A stretch of 61,764 nucleotides of DNA, filler included, from Nitrospinota bacterium (GCA_030620925.1; 8 parts of 8 records of this genome joined end to end with filler, not necessarily neighbours in it); one strand, 5' to 3'. Shown: positions 38,255-49,695, counted from the whole stretch's first letter. Notes: generated from the sequence alone by a model not told the origin. Translations and numbers: made by a program.

Positions 38255-38927
38255 CTATCTTAAGAACAGCGGGGCGAGCACCAGGGACACCACGGCCATC
38301 AGCTTTATCAAAATGTTCATGGAGGGTCCGGAGGTATCTTTGCAGGGGTCTCCGACGGTATCCCCCACCACGGCGGCCTTATGGGCGTCTGACCCCTTCC
38401 CGCCCAGGTTACCCCTTTCGATGAACTTCTTGGCGTTATCCCAGGCGCCTCCACCGTTGGACATGAACAGGGCCAGGAGCACTCCGACCAGCGTGGCGCC
38501 GGCCAGCATCCCTCCCAGGGCTTCCGGCTTCAAAACCAAACCCACGACGATGGGGCTCACCACGGCGGTCACTCCGGGGATGATCATCTCCCGCAGGGCG
38601 GCGTTAGTGCTGATGGAGACGCAGCGGGCGGAATCGGGCTTGGCCTTTCCCTCCATGAGGCCGGGTATCTCCCGGAACTGCCTGCGAATCTCGTTGACCA
38701 TCTTGAAGGCGGCCTTACCCACCGATTTCATGGTCTGGGAAGCGATGAAGAAGGGTATCATGCCTCCGATGAACAGGCCGATGACCACCCGGGAGTTGGT
38801 CAGGTCTATTGATTCGAGCCCCACGGCCTTGGTGTAGGCGGTGAAAAGCGCCAGGGCGGTGAGTGCCGCGGAGCCTATGGCGAATCCCTTCCCGATGGCC
38901 GCGGTGGTGTTGCCCAGGGCATCGAGA
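38255..38927 (-). CDS. hppA: Membrane-bound pyrophosphatase, K+-dependent type (5' truncated)
   Basis: [43 protein letters not shown]. Confidence 0.95.
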
Positions 38928-39027
38928 NNNNNNNNNNNNNNNNNNNNNNNNNNNNNNNNNNNNNNNNNNNNTTAATTAATTAANNNNNNNNNNNNNNNNN
39001 NNNNNNNNNNNNNNNNNNNNNNNNNNN

Positions 39028-39509
39028 GCTCCGTGGAACAACCTGTACCGAAAAAAGACTTCAGCAGCTTGCAGGAATTAGCCCTGAAGTCTGAAATACC
39101 GATCGTGGCGGACGAATCCGTGTGCACCTTGAAAGAGCTGCGAGAAATGCTGGCACTCGATTTTCCCTTTATCCTGAACCTCAGGCTGTCAAAATGCGGC
39201 GGCTTTCTCAATTCGCTTGAAATATACCGGGAAGCTGCAGCAAAAGGAGTATCCTGCCAGCTGGGCTGCCAGGTGGGGGAAACGGGTATCCTATCCGCCC
39301 TGGGCCGACGCCTGGCCGGAGCATTACCCTTCATCCATATCGAAGGATGTTTCGGCACCCACCTGCTGAAGGAGGACATAGTGGTCGAAAACCTGACCTT
39401 CGGCAGAAAGGGCCGTGTGGCTTCCCTTAAAAGGCCCGGGCTGGGCGCCACCCCGATAAAAGTCCTGCTGGAGAAATATACCTCCGATCAAATAGAGGTG
39501 AGCCAATGA
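39028..39509 (+). CDS. Enolase-superfamily (dipeptide epimerase/muconate cycloisomerase-like) C-terminal fragment
   Basis: EQP, PIVADES, NLRLSKCGG, GCQVGET, PGLG. Confidence 0.85.
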
Positions 39510-40132
39510 TATATATTCAGCAATCCTGGACGATAATCCCCGGCAAAGAAAAAGAATACGACAATCTGGCGAGAAAAGAGAGTGTCGAGCTTTTCTCCCG
39601 CCATACAGACGTAAAGATAGTAGGCGCCTGGAAGTCTTTTTTTAACGACAACATCATTCACTCGGTTCTGGCCCTCATAGATTTCAACGCCATCCAGCGT
39701 TTCTGGGCCGACCAGACGCACAGGGATTTCAGGCACAAACTTCTTCGGCTGGTCTCCGACTACCACTATTGCATTCTGACCACCACCGGAAGAGTGGACC
39801 GGTTTCTGAGCGACGGAACTGAAGCGGAGGTATTCCTCTACCAGTCTTACGACATCCTTCCCAAAAGCGTCGATGAATACGTTAGCCTGGTAACCACGGA
39901 AGTGCCACAGATTTTCCAATCCCACGCCGCCCCCCGCCTGTTGGGAGCCTGGCAGTCGATCTTCAGCCCCACCCACGTGGTGAGCGTCCTGGCTTTCGAG
40001 GACTTCGCAGCGCTCCAAATATACAGCGACACTCAGTTCGTCAAGGAGTTCACCGAAAAATCGCTCCGTATGGTCACCAACCACCATTCAGATATACTGG
40101 TGACCACCGGCCGCGTGGACGCCTTCAAATAA
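39506..40132 (+). CDS. Tandem NIPSNAP-like domain protein
   Basis: Two homologous halves (Q-S-W/Y-x-I-x-P...GAW-x-S-x-F...IL-x-TTGRVD). Confidence 0.75.
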   Translation: MIYIQQSWTIIPGKEKEYDNLARKESVELFSRHTDVKIVGAWKSFFNDNIIHSVLALIDFNAIQRFWADQTHRDFRHKLLRLVSDYHYCILTTTGRVDRFLSDGTEAEVFLYQSYDILPKSVDEYVSLVTTEVPQIFQSHAAPRLLGAWQSIFSPTHVVSVLAFEDFAALQIYSDTQFVKEFTEKSLRMVTNHHSDILVTTGRVDAFK

Positions 40133-40315
40133 GTCTTTGAGGGAAACCCTAAAAATCTTCGGAGTCTTTCAAATAAGGGCCGCGCCCTTTCGCCACCTAC
40201 CCATCTTGCCTTTCCGGCGGCTATCCGCTAAGCTAAGGATTCAGGCGGTTTTAAGAGATACCAGGGCTCCACCCCACGGAGCCTTTTCAGGTTGCCCGGG
40301 AAAAGGTTCAAAACA

Positions 40316-41884
40316 ATGGCGACTAACGGTCAAGAGGCTCCCACGCAGGGATTCGGAGAAGACCCCGCCGGTAAATGGTGGACGATGGCGGTCGTGGTCC
40401 TGGGGACCATAGTAATCTCCTTCAACGCTACCATACTGAACGTCGCCCTGCCCAAAATCATGTCCAACCTGCGGGTGGACGTTGAAGAAATAAGGTGGGT
40501 GATTACCGGCTTCATGATATCCATGACCATCCTCATGCCCACCATAGGCTGGCTGGGGGAGCGCTTCGGCAACAAGAACGTTTTCCTGGGCGGCCTGGCG
40601 CTGTTCACCCTGACTTCCATCCTTTGCGGGATGGCCTGGGATATCAACTCCCTCATCTTCTTCCGGGTGCTTCAGGGGATCGGCGGCGGCCCCATAATGC
40701 CCATGGGCATGGTGATACTCTACGAAACTTTTCCCCCACACCAGCGCGGCTTCGCACTGGGGGTTTACACCCTGGGCATGACCTTCGGGCCCGCCATCGG
40801 CCCCACCCTGGGAGGGTGGATAGTACAAGACCATTCATGGCGGCTGATCTTTTATCTCAACATCCCCATAGGAATAGCCGGTATTCTCCTGGGGAGCATC
40901 GCCCTCCCCAAAACCAGGAAAAGCGAGAGGAAACCGCTGGACGTCTGGGGTATATCCCTCCTGGCCCTCTTTCTGGTGACCCTCCTGGTGGGCCTGAGCC
41001 AGGGGAACATAGAGGGATGGGGATCCTCATACATAATCGGCCTCTTCCTGGTGGCGGCGGTTTCGGGCGCGCTGTTCATCCTGAGGGAGATAAAAACTCC
41101 ACTGCCCCTGGTGGAGCTGCGCGTTTTTAAAATTCGCAACTTCTCCATCATCTCAGGAGTGGCCATAATAAACTACTTGGGAATGATGGGGACTTTTTTC
41201 CTCATCTCAATATTCCTGCAGCGCACCCTGGGGTTCACCCCGCTGCGTGCGGGCCTGTTCATGCTGCCCACCGCGCTCACCATGGGCGGTACCTCCGTGC
41301 TCACCGGCAGGCTGTCGGACAGGGTAAACCCCAAATACCTCATCATAAGCGGCCTGGGCATGAGGGTGTGCTCCTTCTTCCTTTTCGCTACCGTCAATAC
41401 TCTCACCGGGCTGGGTGTGATCATGGCCATACTGCTGTTCCGCAGCTTCAGCGCCGCCTGGATAGTGACCCCCCTTTCCAACGCCGCCATGCAGACTCTG
41501 CCCCCTGAGCTCTATCGACACGGCTCAGGGATCCTGGCCCTCATGCGGGGGGTGGGAGGAAGCCTGGGGATCGCCATCACCACCACAGTGCTCACCTACA
41601 GGATATCCTGGAACGCCATCTCAAGCCTGGAAGCGGTGGACGCATCCTCCATAAGCATCAGAGAAGCCATGCAGCATCTCAGCCAATACCTGATGAGCGC
41701 TGGAGAGAGCACCGAGATGATACACACCAAATCGCTCCTCCTCATTGCCCGCAAAATCCTGGATCACGCCATCCTGAACGGCTATCAGGACACCTTTTTC
41801 TTTCTGGGCATTATATTCTCTATGGCCGTAATTCCGGCCCTGTTCATAAAGTTACCCAAATATACTAAAGAGAAACAGGTCTAA
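40316..41884 (+). CDS. DHA2 (EmrB/QacA) family MFS transporter
   Basis: NATILNVALP, GWLGERFG, RVLQGIGGG, GPAIGPTLGG, FYLNIPIG. Confidence 0.93.
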   Translation: MATNGQEAPTQGFGEDPAGKWWTMAVVVLGTIVISFNATILNVALPKIMSNLRVDVEEIRWVITGFMISMTILMPTIGWLGERFGNKNVFLGGLALFTLTSILCGMAWDINSLIFFRVLQGIGGGPIMPMGMVILYETFPPHQRGFALGVYTLGMTFGPAIGPTLGGWIVQDHSWRLIFYLNIPIGIAGILLGSIALPKTRKSERKPLDVWGISLLALFLVTLLVGLSQGNIEGWGSSYIIGLFLVAAVSGALFILREIKTPLPLVELRVFKIRNFSIISGVAIINYLGMMGTFFLISIFLQRTLGFTPLRAGLFMLPTALTMGGTSVLTGRLSDRVNPKYLIISGLGMRVCSFFLFATVNTLTGLGVIMAILLFRSFSAAWIVTPLSNAAMQTLPPELYRHGSGILALMRGVGGSLGIAITTTVLTYRISWNAISSLEAVDASSISIREAMQHLSQYLMSAGESTEMIHTKSLLLIARKILDHAILNGYQDTFFFLGIIFSMAVIPALFIKLPKYTKEKQV

Positions 41885-41897
41885 GGAGGTCAGCGAA

Positions 41898-42264
41898 ATG
41901 GAACTGAAACCCACCTTGCAGGATATCCGGCAGGCGGCGGAGCTGGTTCACAAACACGTTTCCCCCACCCCGCTCAGGCACTCGGCGGCACTCAGCAAAC
42001 TGGTGGGGGCGGAGGTTTACGTTAAATACGAGAACCACCACCCCATAAACGTGTTCAAGATCAGGGGCGCGGTCTACAAAATGTCCGTCATGGGGGAGGA
42101 AGAGCGGGCCCGCGGTGTGGTCACCGCCTCCACAGGCAACCACGGCCAGGCCATAGCCTACGGCGCGGCCCTCACCGGTTCTCATGCCACCATCTTCATG
42201 CCCGAGGTATCCAACCCCGAAAAAGTGGAATCCATGCAGAATCTGGGGGCGGAAATAGTGTTCC
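41898..42264 (+). CDS. Threonine/serine dehydratase family PLP enzyme (3' truncated)
   Basis: KYEN...FKIRGA, TASTGNHGQ. Confidence 0.9.
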
Positions 42265-42364
42265 NNNNNNNNNNNNNNNNNNNNNNNNNNNNNNNNNNNN
42301 NNNNNNNNTTAATTAATTAANNNNNNNNNNNNNNNNNNNNNNNNNNNNNNNNNNNNNNNNNNNN

Positions 42365-43902
42365 ACCTGATCCAGCAGATACAGAACATGAAGCGGGAGT
42401 TGATGGAAAAATACTCTGGAGACCCGGCGAGAGATGAAATCAAGCGCGAGCTGGAAAATTTCGATGAGAGACAGGTTCAAAAAATAAAAGACCTCATGGA
42501 GAAGCTGCGCCAGGCAATGAACGAGAAACAGGCTGCAGGTGAGGCCTTGCCCAAAGAGCAGTCCCGCGCGCTGGATCAGCTCACCAGCAGCGGAGACCGC
42601 ATGGGCCTTGAACAGCTCATGGAGAAACTTCAAGGCGACACCTCGCAAGGCCAGAGAGGTTTAGATGAGTTGCAGCGCGCTCTCGAAGAGGCCCTGAAGA
42701 AGCTGGAAGAGTCGGACCTTACTGACGAAGGAGAGAATCAACAGATGGAGCAGTTCGGCCAGCAGTTGCACGACCTGGCGGAGTTGAAAAAATTTCTCGA
42801 GCGCAACGTTTTCGACGGCCCTGAATCCCTCACGCTGGAAGAAGCCCGAAAACTAATGGAGAAGATAAACACCCTGGACCAACTGGAACAGAGCCTAAAA
42901 CAGACGCGCTGGGGCGGCGATCTGGAGGAGGTCGATGAAGAGCTTCTTGAAGAGTTGCTGGGAGAGGAAGCGCGCGATGCTTTCCAGCGCCTTAAGTCGC
43001 TCAAAACGATGCTGGAGGAAGCGGGTTTCGCCCGACGAAAAGGCGATAAGCTCGAGCTGACTCCCCGGGGAATGCGTAAGATAGGTGAGAAGGCGCTCAA
43101 AGACATCTTCTCCACCTTGAACAAAGACCATTTCGGAAAACACGATATGAGCAAAAGGGGCATGGGCGGCGTCCGTTCGGAGGATACCCGCCGCTACCAA
43201 TACGGAGACCCCTTCTCGGTGGACTTAAGCCGCACCCTCATGAACGCCCTCAATCGAACCGTACCGGGCGATCCGTTGACTTTAAACCCGGACGACTTCG
43301 AAGTATATCACACCGAATTCATGACCCAGAGCTCCACCGTCCTCATGCTCGATATGAGCTGGTCCATGGCCTGGTTCAACAGGTTTTACGCCGCCAAAAA
43401 GGTCGCCATGGCCCTCAAGGAGCTCATCCGCTCAAAATTCCCCAGGGATAAACTTCGCATAGTGGGCTTCTACGCTTACGCCAAAGAGCTGCAGTTCGAT
43501 GAACTTCCTTATACTACCTGGATGGAAGGAACGCTGGGGACCAACATACAGGAAGGATTAAGAATCTCCTCTAAGCTCCTGGAGCGGGACAGGGGTACAA
43601 ACAAACAGGTCATCCTCATTACCGACGGCGAGCCGACCGCCCACGTGGAAAACGGGCGCTTCTACTTCCAGTACCCGCCCAGCAGACGCACCATACTGGC
43701 CACCCTGCGCGAGGTTAAGCGCTGCACCAAGAGAGGCATCACGATCAATACCTTCATGCTCGGCGGGGAAGACTATATGGCTGACTTCGTCGCCCAGATG
43801 ACCCGGCTCAACAAGGGACGCGCCTTCTATACCACCCCCGAAAACCTGGGTAACTACCTCCTCGTGGATTACATTACGAACAAACGACAGAATATCCGCT
43901 GA
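42365..43902 (+). CDS. VWA domain protein (5' truncated)
   Basis: Coiled coil, then DMSWSM MIDAS, TNIQEGL, ITDGEPTAH. Confidence 0.88.
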
Positions 43903-44065
43903 TTATCGCGGAATCGTTCCGGGCGGTGAAAACCATTTCTGAAAAAGCCGATGGTTGGCCTTTGCGTTCGTGGGGATATTTTTTTGCATTAATCCCTTTG
44001 ATCCATAGAGAATTAAGAACGACGGGATATATTTAATATAAAAATTTTCAGAGAGGAGTAACGCC

Positions 44066-44587
44066 ATGAGTCTTGAAGGAAAACGAATAGCTTTACTGGT
44101 TGAGAACACGTATCAGGAGATGGAGGTCTGGTACCCTCTTTACCGGCTGCGTGAAGAGGGTGCTGAAGTGGTTACGGTAGGCTCCGGCAGCGCAGAAACC
44201 TACCACAGCAAGCTGGGTTATCCCGTCAACGCCGCCGCCTCCGCGGACAGAGTAACGGCAGCGGATTACGACGCCGTGGTGATCCCGGGCGGCTACGCCC
44301 CGGACATTATGCGCCGCTATCCCTCTATGGTACAACTGGTGCGGGATATATTCAATCAGGGTAAAATCGTGGCCGCCATATGCCACGCAGGCTGGATGCT
44401 ATGCTCGGCAGGCATCCTACAAGGTAAGAAAGCCACCTGCTTCTTCGCCATCAAGGACGACCTGATTAATGCCGGTGCCGAATACCTCGATGCAGCGGTG
44501 GTGCGAGATGGGAACTTGATAACCTCGAGGACGCCTGACGACCTGCCCGATTTCTGCAAGGAGATAATAAACGCCCTGAGGGAATAA
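44066..44587 (+). CDS. PfpI/DJ-1 family protein
   Basis: EMEVWYP, IPGGYAPD, AICHAG, LITSRTPDD. Confidence 0.93.
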   Translation: MSLEGKRIALLVENTYQEMEVWYPLYRLREEGAEVVTVGSGSAETYHSKLGYPVNAAASADRVTAADYDAVVIPGGYAPDIMRRYPSMVQLVRDIFNQGKIVAAICHAGWMLCSAGILQGKKATCFFAIKDDLINAGAEYLDAAVVRDGNLITSRTPDDLPDFCKEIINALRE

Positions 44588-44622
44588 TACCGGGAGAGCC
44601 GAGCACCTGTAAGCCATCGGCT

Positions 44623-44913
44623 TCAGACGAGCGTATTGTACAATATGTTCAATCCCTCGTCCGCGTCGAGGACCGGGTAGACTTTTACCTCGGCATATTG
44701 CATGATGGGGGCGATCTCCCTGAGGAGGTCCTGATGGTCTTCCGCCTCGATGAGTGAAAAGACTATGTTCTCCCCTACCACGCTGAAACGCACGATGGTG
44801 GTTGCCCCTCCTACATCCTTTCCCACCGGCCGGCGTGCTATCTGTCGCATCCCTGTTTCCACCACCGCCTTAGTCTGGTCGCACTCCCAGGAAACGGTTA
44901 CCATATATTTCAT
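44623..44913 (-). CDS. Small hypothetical protein (DUF3303-like)
   Basis: 96 aa; MKYMVTVSW...VKVYPVL; GGAGG RBS. Confidence 0.6.
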   Translation of the reverse strand: MKYMVTVSWECDQTKAVVETGMRQIARRPVGKDVGGATTIVRFSVVGENIVFSLIEAEDHQDLLREIAPIMQYAEVKVYPVLDADEGLNILYNTLV

Positions 44914-44948
44914 TGACCCCTCCCAGCGTTAGACAAAAATAATCCCGA

Positions 44949-45467
44949 TCAGAAAGTTATAAGCGTAAATACGTTATAATCTTTTAGCTTCTCGCGGCCG
45001 TTGAGAAAAGACAGCTCCACCATGAAAGCGAGTTCATGAATCCCCACGCCCAGCTTGCTCACCAGTTTCGCCGCTGCTCCCATGGTACCCCCGGTGGCCA
45101 GTAAGTCGTCCACCAACAACACCTTCTGCCCCGGCTCCAAGGCGTCTACGTGTATCTCCATCGAGTCGGTGCCGTATTCCAGCTCATAAGTCTCCCGGAG
45201 CGTATCATAGGGGAGTTTGCCCGGTTTCCGGATGGGCACCACCCCCGCCCCCAGTCTGTAAGCGAGCACCGAGACCAGAAGGAAACCGCGCGCCTCTATT
45301 CCCACCACCTTGTCTATTCCCGCCCCCTTATAACGATCGGCCATCAGGTCAACGGCGAGTTTGAAGGAAGAGGCGTCCCCCAGCAGAGGGGTGATGTCCT
45401 TGAATATGATGCCTTCTTTAGGGAAATCGGGTATATCCCTTATTTTAGATTTCAGCTCCTCGATCAT
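44949..45467 (-). CDS. apt: Adenine phosphoribosyltransferase
   Basis: [42 protein letters not shown]. Confidence 0.97.
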   Translation of the reverse strand: MIEELKSKIRDIPDFPKEGIIFKDITPLLGDASSFKLAVDLMADRYKGAGIDKVVGIEARGFLLVSVLAYRLGAGVVPIRKPGKLPYDTLRETYELEYGTDSMEIHVDALEPGQKVLLVDDLLATGGTMGAAAKLVSKLGVGIHELAFMVELSFLNGREKLKDYNVFTLITF

Positions 45468-45482
45468 TCCTAGCCCCCTGTT

Positions 45483-45944
45483 TCAATACCTTAAAAACTC
45501 GAATGCCTTTTCTACCGCTTCCTCAGGGCTGCCGGCGGTCTGCACACCCTCTATCGATTCCCATCCGCCAATGGTGACAACAGGCACCCCCATCTTGAGG
45601 GCCAGGGCTATCTCGGAGAGAGTCCCATATTCGCCCGAGACCGCCACCACCGCATGGCAGCTCCTCACCAGCACCGCGTTCCTGGCATGGCCCATGTCCG
45701 TCGCTATCGGGATATCCACGTAGGGGTTCGCCTCTTTCACCGAGGAGCCGGGCAGGATACCCACGGTTAATCCCCCGGCCTCCCTTGCGCCCCTGCTGGC
45801 CGCTTCCATGACGCCGCCCAGGCCGCCGGTAAAAAGGGCTGCACCCTTTCCGGCTACCAACTGCCCCACCTGGTAGGCGATCTCCGCCGTGCGGGAATCG
45901 CACTTCGACGCCCCGATAACTGCAATATGAATTTTCGCTGCCAT
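45483..45944 (-). CDS. TIGR00725 family (LOG/SLOG-like) protein
   Basis: GGLGGVMEAA, VGILPG, ARN, GEYGTLSEIA. Confidence 0.9.
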   Translation of the reverse strand: MAAKIHIAVIGASKCDSRTAEIAYQVGQLVAGKGAALFTGGLGGVMEAASRGAREAGGLTVGILPGSSVKEANPYVDIPIATDMGHARNAVLVRSCHAVVAVSGEYGTLSEIALALKMGVPVVTIGGWESIEGVQTAGSPEEAVEKAFEFLRY

Positions 45945-46083
45945 TGATGAAATAATATATTTTTTTCCACCAACACAAAACAATAAAAAGCGAGGTCTTT
46001 AAAAAAACCTCGCCGCCATTTTAAATAACGGTCGCAATTGCTGCCAGCTTTGCGTCCTTTTTTTTTAGGTAATTATCCCATTT

Positions 46084-46283
46084 TTATTCGACTGTTTCGA
46101 TGCCTATAATTACCTGTTTAACTATCTTAGGATGTAAAATCCTTCCGCCATGGAACGGGATAACAATTCGTTTGTTCTCTTATATATATATTTTATGACT
46201 GCCCTTGCTTCTAACCATTTGAAACCGGCTTTCAGCAACATCGATTCTGCTTCCTGGGATGTTAAGCGAGGCGACTTAGGCAA
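46084..46283 (-). pseudogene. hicA: HicA toxin pseudogene
   Basis: MPKSPRLT...KAGF [frameshift] VRSKGSHKIYI* ENKRIVIPFHG...LHPKIVKQ; one frameshift and one in-frame TAA. Confidence 0.8.
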
Positions 46284-46500
46284 GGTCAACCTCTATGGTG
46301 GTGGTTAAAATCTCTTTACTTAAGGACTCCTTAATTTCCTCTTCGGATAGTGTTTCTAAATAAAGTTCTATAGCTTCTTTTATATTTGACATAACATCTT
46401 CTAAAGAGTCGCCTTGGGTCTGGCATCCTTCCAGTTCAGGGCAATAGGCATAATATCCGTGCTCGTCTTTTTCTATAACTATGCTGACCTTACAATTCAT
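46276..46500 (-). CDS. hicB: HicB family antitoxin (short form)
   Basis: GYYAYCPELEGCQTQGDSLEDVMSNIKEAIELYLE. Confidence 0.9.
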   Translation of the reverse strand: MNCKVSIVIEKDEHGYYAYCPELEGCQTQGDSLEDVMSNIKEAIELYLETLSEEEIKESLSKEILTTTIEVDLA

Positions 46501-46534
46501 TATCTTTCATTCTTTTCGCATCACATATTATTAA

Positions 46535-46612
<78 letters not shown>

Positions 46613-46663
46613 ACCCCAATATCTCTTCTTTCAGAGGCGGTGAGAAATTATACTCCATCCGTA

Positions 46664-47308
46664 TTATTCTTTCCAGCCGTAGTTTCCCACCAATTTTACG
46701 AATATGCAGCCGCTCAAGCTGAATCTTTCGAAGTCGTCTCCCCTGCGCACCACCTTTCTCAGAATCTGTGAATCAGACCCGCCCACGGGAATTAAGAGCC
46801 TGCCGCCATCCGCGAGCTGTTCCATAAGGGGGGGAGGAATATCAGGAGAGCCTGCTGAAACCACTATGGCTTCGAAGGGGCTCTCTTCTTCCCATCCCAG
46901 GGTGCCGTCCCCTACCCTCACGCATACATTTCGGATTCCCAGTTCTTCAAGCTTCTTCCGGGCATCATCGGCCAGCGACTCTTTCCGCTCCATGCTGTAC
47001 ACCCTGTCGGCCAGGCGGCACAATAAAGCAGTCATGTATCCGGAGCCGGTTCCTATTTCCAGCACCTTTTCTCCGCCTGTCAGCTCCATGGCTTCAATCA
47101 TCAGTGCCACCATATAGGGCTGGGAAATGGTCTGGTTCTCTCCTATGGGCAGCGGATTGTCATCATACGCCTTGTCCACCAACGCGGCGTCCACGAACCG
47201 GTGTCTCGGAACTTCTCTGAAGGCGTCAAGCACTCGCTTATCGCGGATGCTTCTTCCTGCCAACTGTTCCTGCACCATCCGCTCTGCTGCTAAGCGATAA
47301 TCTTTCAT
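46664..47308 (-). CDS. pcm: Protein-L-isoaspartate O-methyltransferase
   Basis: VPRHRFV, QTISQPYMVA, VLEIGTGSGY, GDGTLG. Confidence 0.96.
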   Translation of the reverse strand: MKDYRLAAERMVQEQLAGRSIRDKRVLDAFREVPRHRFVDAALVDKAYDDNPLPIGENQTISQPYMVALMIEAMELTGGEKVLEIGTGSGYMTALLCRLADRVYSMERKESLADDARKKLEELGIRNVCVRVGDGTLGWEEESPFEAIVVSAGSPDIPPPLMEQLADGGRLLIPVGGSDSQILRKVVRRGDDFERFSLSGCIFVKLVGNYGWKE

Positions 47309-47350
47309 GGTTTATCCCAGAGGAAAAACCTTCTTTCAGGATGGCCTCTC

Positions 47351-48730
47351 TCAGCCCAACCTTCTCAATATCTCCTTCCCGGCCAGCACTCCGGAGGCGG
47401 AAGACTGCACAACACCCCTGCTCACCCCGGCGCCGTCTCCAATAGCGAAGAGGTTTTGCACCTGGGTCTCCATGGAAGAGCTGAGCGCCAGCTTCATGGA
47501 GTAGAATTTAACCTCCACCCCGTAAATAAGCGTGTGCCGGGAATAGACACCGGGGGCCAGCTTGTCCATGGCCGTCAGCATCTCAAGAATATCCGTGAGG
47601 TATCTGTAAGGCAGCACGAAACTCAAGTCTCCGGGAGTGGCTTCCTGCAAGGTGGGCTTCACTGCGCCTCTGGCAACGCGCTCTTTAGTGGACCGGCGTC
47701 CCTTCAGGAGGTCTCCCAATCGTTGAACTATAACTCCTTCCCCGAGGAAGTTGGCAAGCCTGGCGATATATTTACCGTAGGATATAGGCTCGTTGAACGG
47801 CTCGGTGAAGCTGGTGCTCACCAGGATGGCGAAATTGGTATTGTCGCTGTTGCCGTTTTCCAGGCTGTGCCCGTTGACCGTGGACACACCGTTGTAAACT
47901 TCTTTTATCACTTCGCCGTAAGGGTTCATGCAGAAGGTGCGCACGCGGTCGTCGAAGTGTCGGGAGGTAAAAAGGAGCTTGGGCTCGTAGGTTACATCGG
48001 TGAGCTCTTTAAGCACTGAACCGCGCAGCTCCACCCTGACACCGATATCAACGGGGTTGCTCACCGTGCTCAGGCCCAGTTGCTCTGATACTCCGCTCAA
48101 CCATTCCGCACCCTGTCTGCCCGGAGCGAGAACAACATATTTACCCCGGTATTCTTCTCCCTTTTCGTCGACCACCCCCACTGCTTTGTTTCGCTCCAGC
48201 ACAATATCCCGAACGGACGTTTTGAAACGTATATCCACTTTATCCTGCAGGGATTCTTTTATATTCCGGAGCACTTGCGGACATCTGTCCGTCCCCATGT
48301 GCCTGATCCTGGTGGGAAGCAGTTTTAAGTCGCACTTCTCGGCTCGTTCCTGCAGTTTCCGCACCTCTTCGACATCGAGGCCATAGACTTTTTCCGGGGC
48401 CCCGAACCGGAGGTAGGAATCGTCCACATATTCCATGAGGGGGGTCAGCTCTTTCACGTCTATAAAGTTATGGAGAAAGCCGCCTACATCGGGAGAGAGG
48501 GTGAGTTTCCCGTCACTATACATCCCTGCTCCGCCCCATCCGCTTAAATCAGCTACGGAGCTGTTTCCCACTTCGGCGGAGTGGTCGAGATTGCCCAGCG
48601 AACTGCGCTGGTCTATATCCTCCCCTTTCTCCAGCAGGAGGACTTTAGCGCCCTCTTTTCTGGTCAATTCCAGGACGGTGAATATACCGGCGGGCCCGGC
48701 GCCGACTATTATGGCATCGTAAGTCTTCAA
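47351..48730 (-). CDS. NAD(P)/FAD-dependent oxidoreductase
   Basis: IVGAGPAG, GGAGMYSDGKL, RTFCMNP, GDGAGVSRG. Confidence 0.9.
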   Translation of the reverse strand: MKTYDAIIVGAGPAGIFTVLELTRKEGAKVLLLEKGEDIDQRSSLGNLDHSAEVGNSSVADLSGWGGAGMYSDGKLTLSPDVGGFLHNFIDVKELTPLMEYVDDSYLRFGAPEKVYGLDVEEVRKLQERAEKCDLKLLPTRIRHMGTDRCPQVLRNIKESLQDKVDIRFKTSVRDIVLERNKAVGVVDEKGEEYRGKYVVLAPGRQGAEWLSGVSEQLGLSTVSNPVDIGVRVELRGSVLKELTDVTYEPKLLFTSRHFDDRVRTFCMNPYGEVIKEVYNGVSTVNGHSLENGNSDNTNFAILVSTSFTEPFNEPISYGKYIARLANFLGEGVIVQRLGDLLKGRRSTKERVARGAVKPTLQEATPGDLSFVLPYRYLTDILEMLTAMDKLAPGVYSRHTLIYGVEVKFYSMKLALSSSMETQVQNLFAIGDGAGVSRGVVQSSASGVLAGKEILRRLG

Positions 48731-49476
48731 TGAGTTATTCTCCAGTCTTGGAGCTCGGCTATCGCCTTATAGTTGGTCAGATCGAGGTGTAAAGGGGTGA
48801 TGGATATGTATCCATCCCTTACCGCCTGTATGTCCGACTGCTCTTCTTCATGCCAGCCGAGATCGTTTCCTCCTATCCAGTAGTATTTCTGTCCCCGCGG
48901 GTCCGTCTTTTCTATTATGGAGTCCTCCCAGATGCGTTTCCCTTGTCGGGTAATCTTTATCCCTTTGATCTCATGGTCTTGCAAGTTGGGGATATTCACA
49001 TTTAGGAGAGAATCTTGGGGCATCCCTTTTTCCATGACCAGTTCAACTAATTTAGACGCAAAGCCGGAGGCCACTTTGTAATCGATCTTGTCTTTCCCGT
49101 CAACCGAAATAGCTACTGATGGAATGTCCAACAATGTTCCTTCGATGGCTGCGCTTACCGTCCCCGAATAGGTGATGTCGTCTCCCAGATTCCCCCCCTG
49201 ATTAATCCCGGAAATTAGCAGATCGGGTTTTTTCATTTTTAATATGGCGTTAACGGCAAGGTTTACGCAGTCGGTGGGGGTACCGCTTACTTGATACCAG
49301 TTATCAGCGGTCTTTTCTACCCGCAGCGGCCTGTGGAGGGTGAGTGAATGGCCAGCCGCGCTTCTGTCTCTGTCGGGAGCAACCACATACAGCTTGCCCA
49401 TTTTCCCAAGCGCCTTGTGGAGGTGCTTAAGCCCGTCGGCGTTAATTCCATCGTCGTTGGTGATTAATATTATCAT
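48727..49476 (-). CDS. surE: 5'/3'-nucleotidase SurE
   Basis: ILITNDDG, GTPTDCV, SGINQGGNLG, YSGTVSAA. Confidence 0.96.
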   Translation of the reverse strand: MIILITNDDGINADGLKHLHKALGKMGKLYVVAPDRDRSAAGHSLTLHRPLRVEKTADNWYQVSGTPTDCVNLAVNAILKMKKPDLLISGINQGGNLGDDITYSGTVSAAIEGTLLDIPSVAISVDGKDKIDYKVASGFASKLVELVMEKGMPQDSLLNVNIPNLQDHEIKGIKITRQGKRIWEDSIIEKTDPRGQKYYWIGGNDLGWHEEEQSDIQAVRDGYISITPLHLDLTNYKAIAELQDWRITH

Positions 49477-49650
49477 AAACCCGATCCAGCGTAATCTTCC
49501 CCATTTATATACTTCGGTTCTTCCAGAATACAATTTAACACTATACCTCATTAAACTTCACTCTTTTTTCATTTTTCCGTTGATTTTCAGATGGCAGCAA
49601 GGAAGGATATGGTTGATATCACTCATTCCGGGAGGGATGGGAAAGGTAAA

Positions 49651-49695
<45 letters not shown>

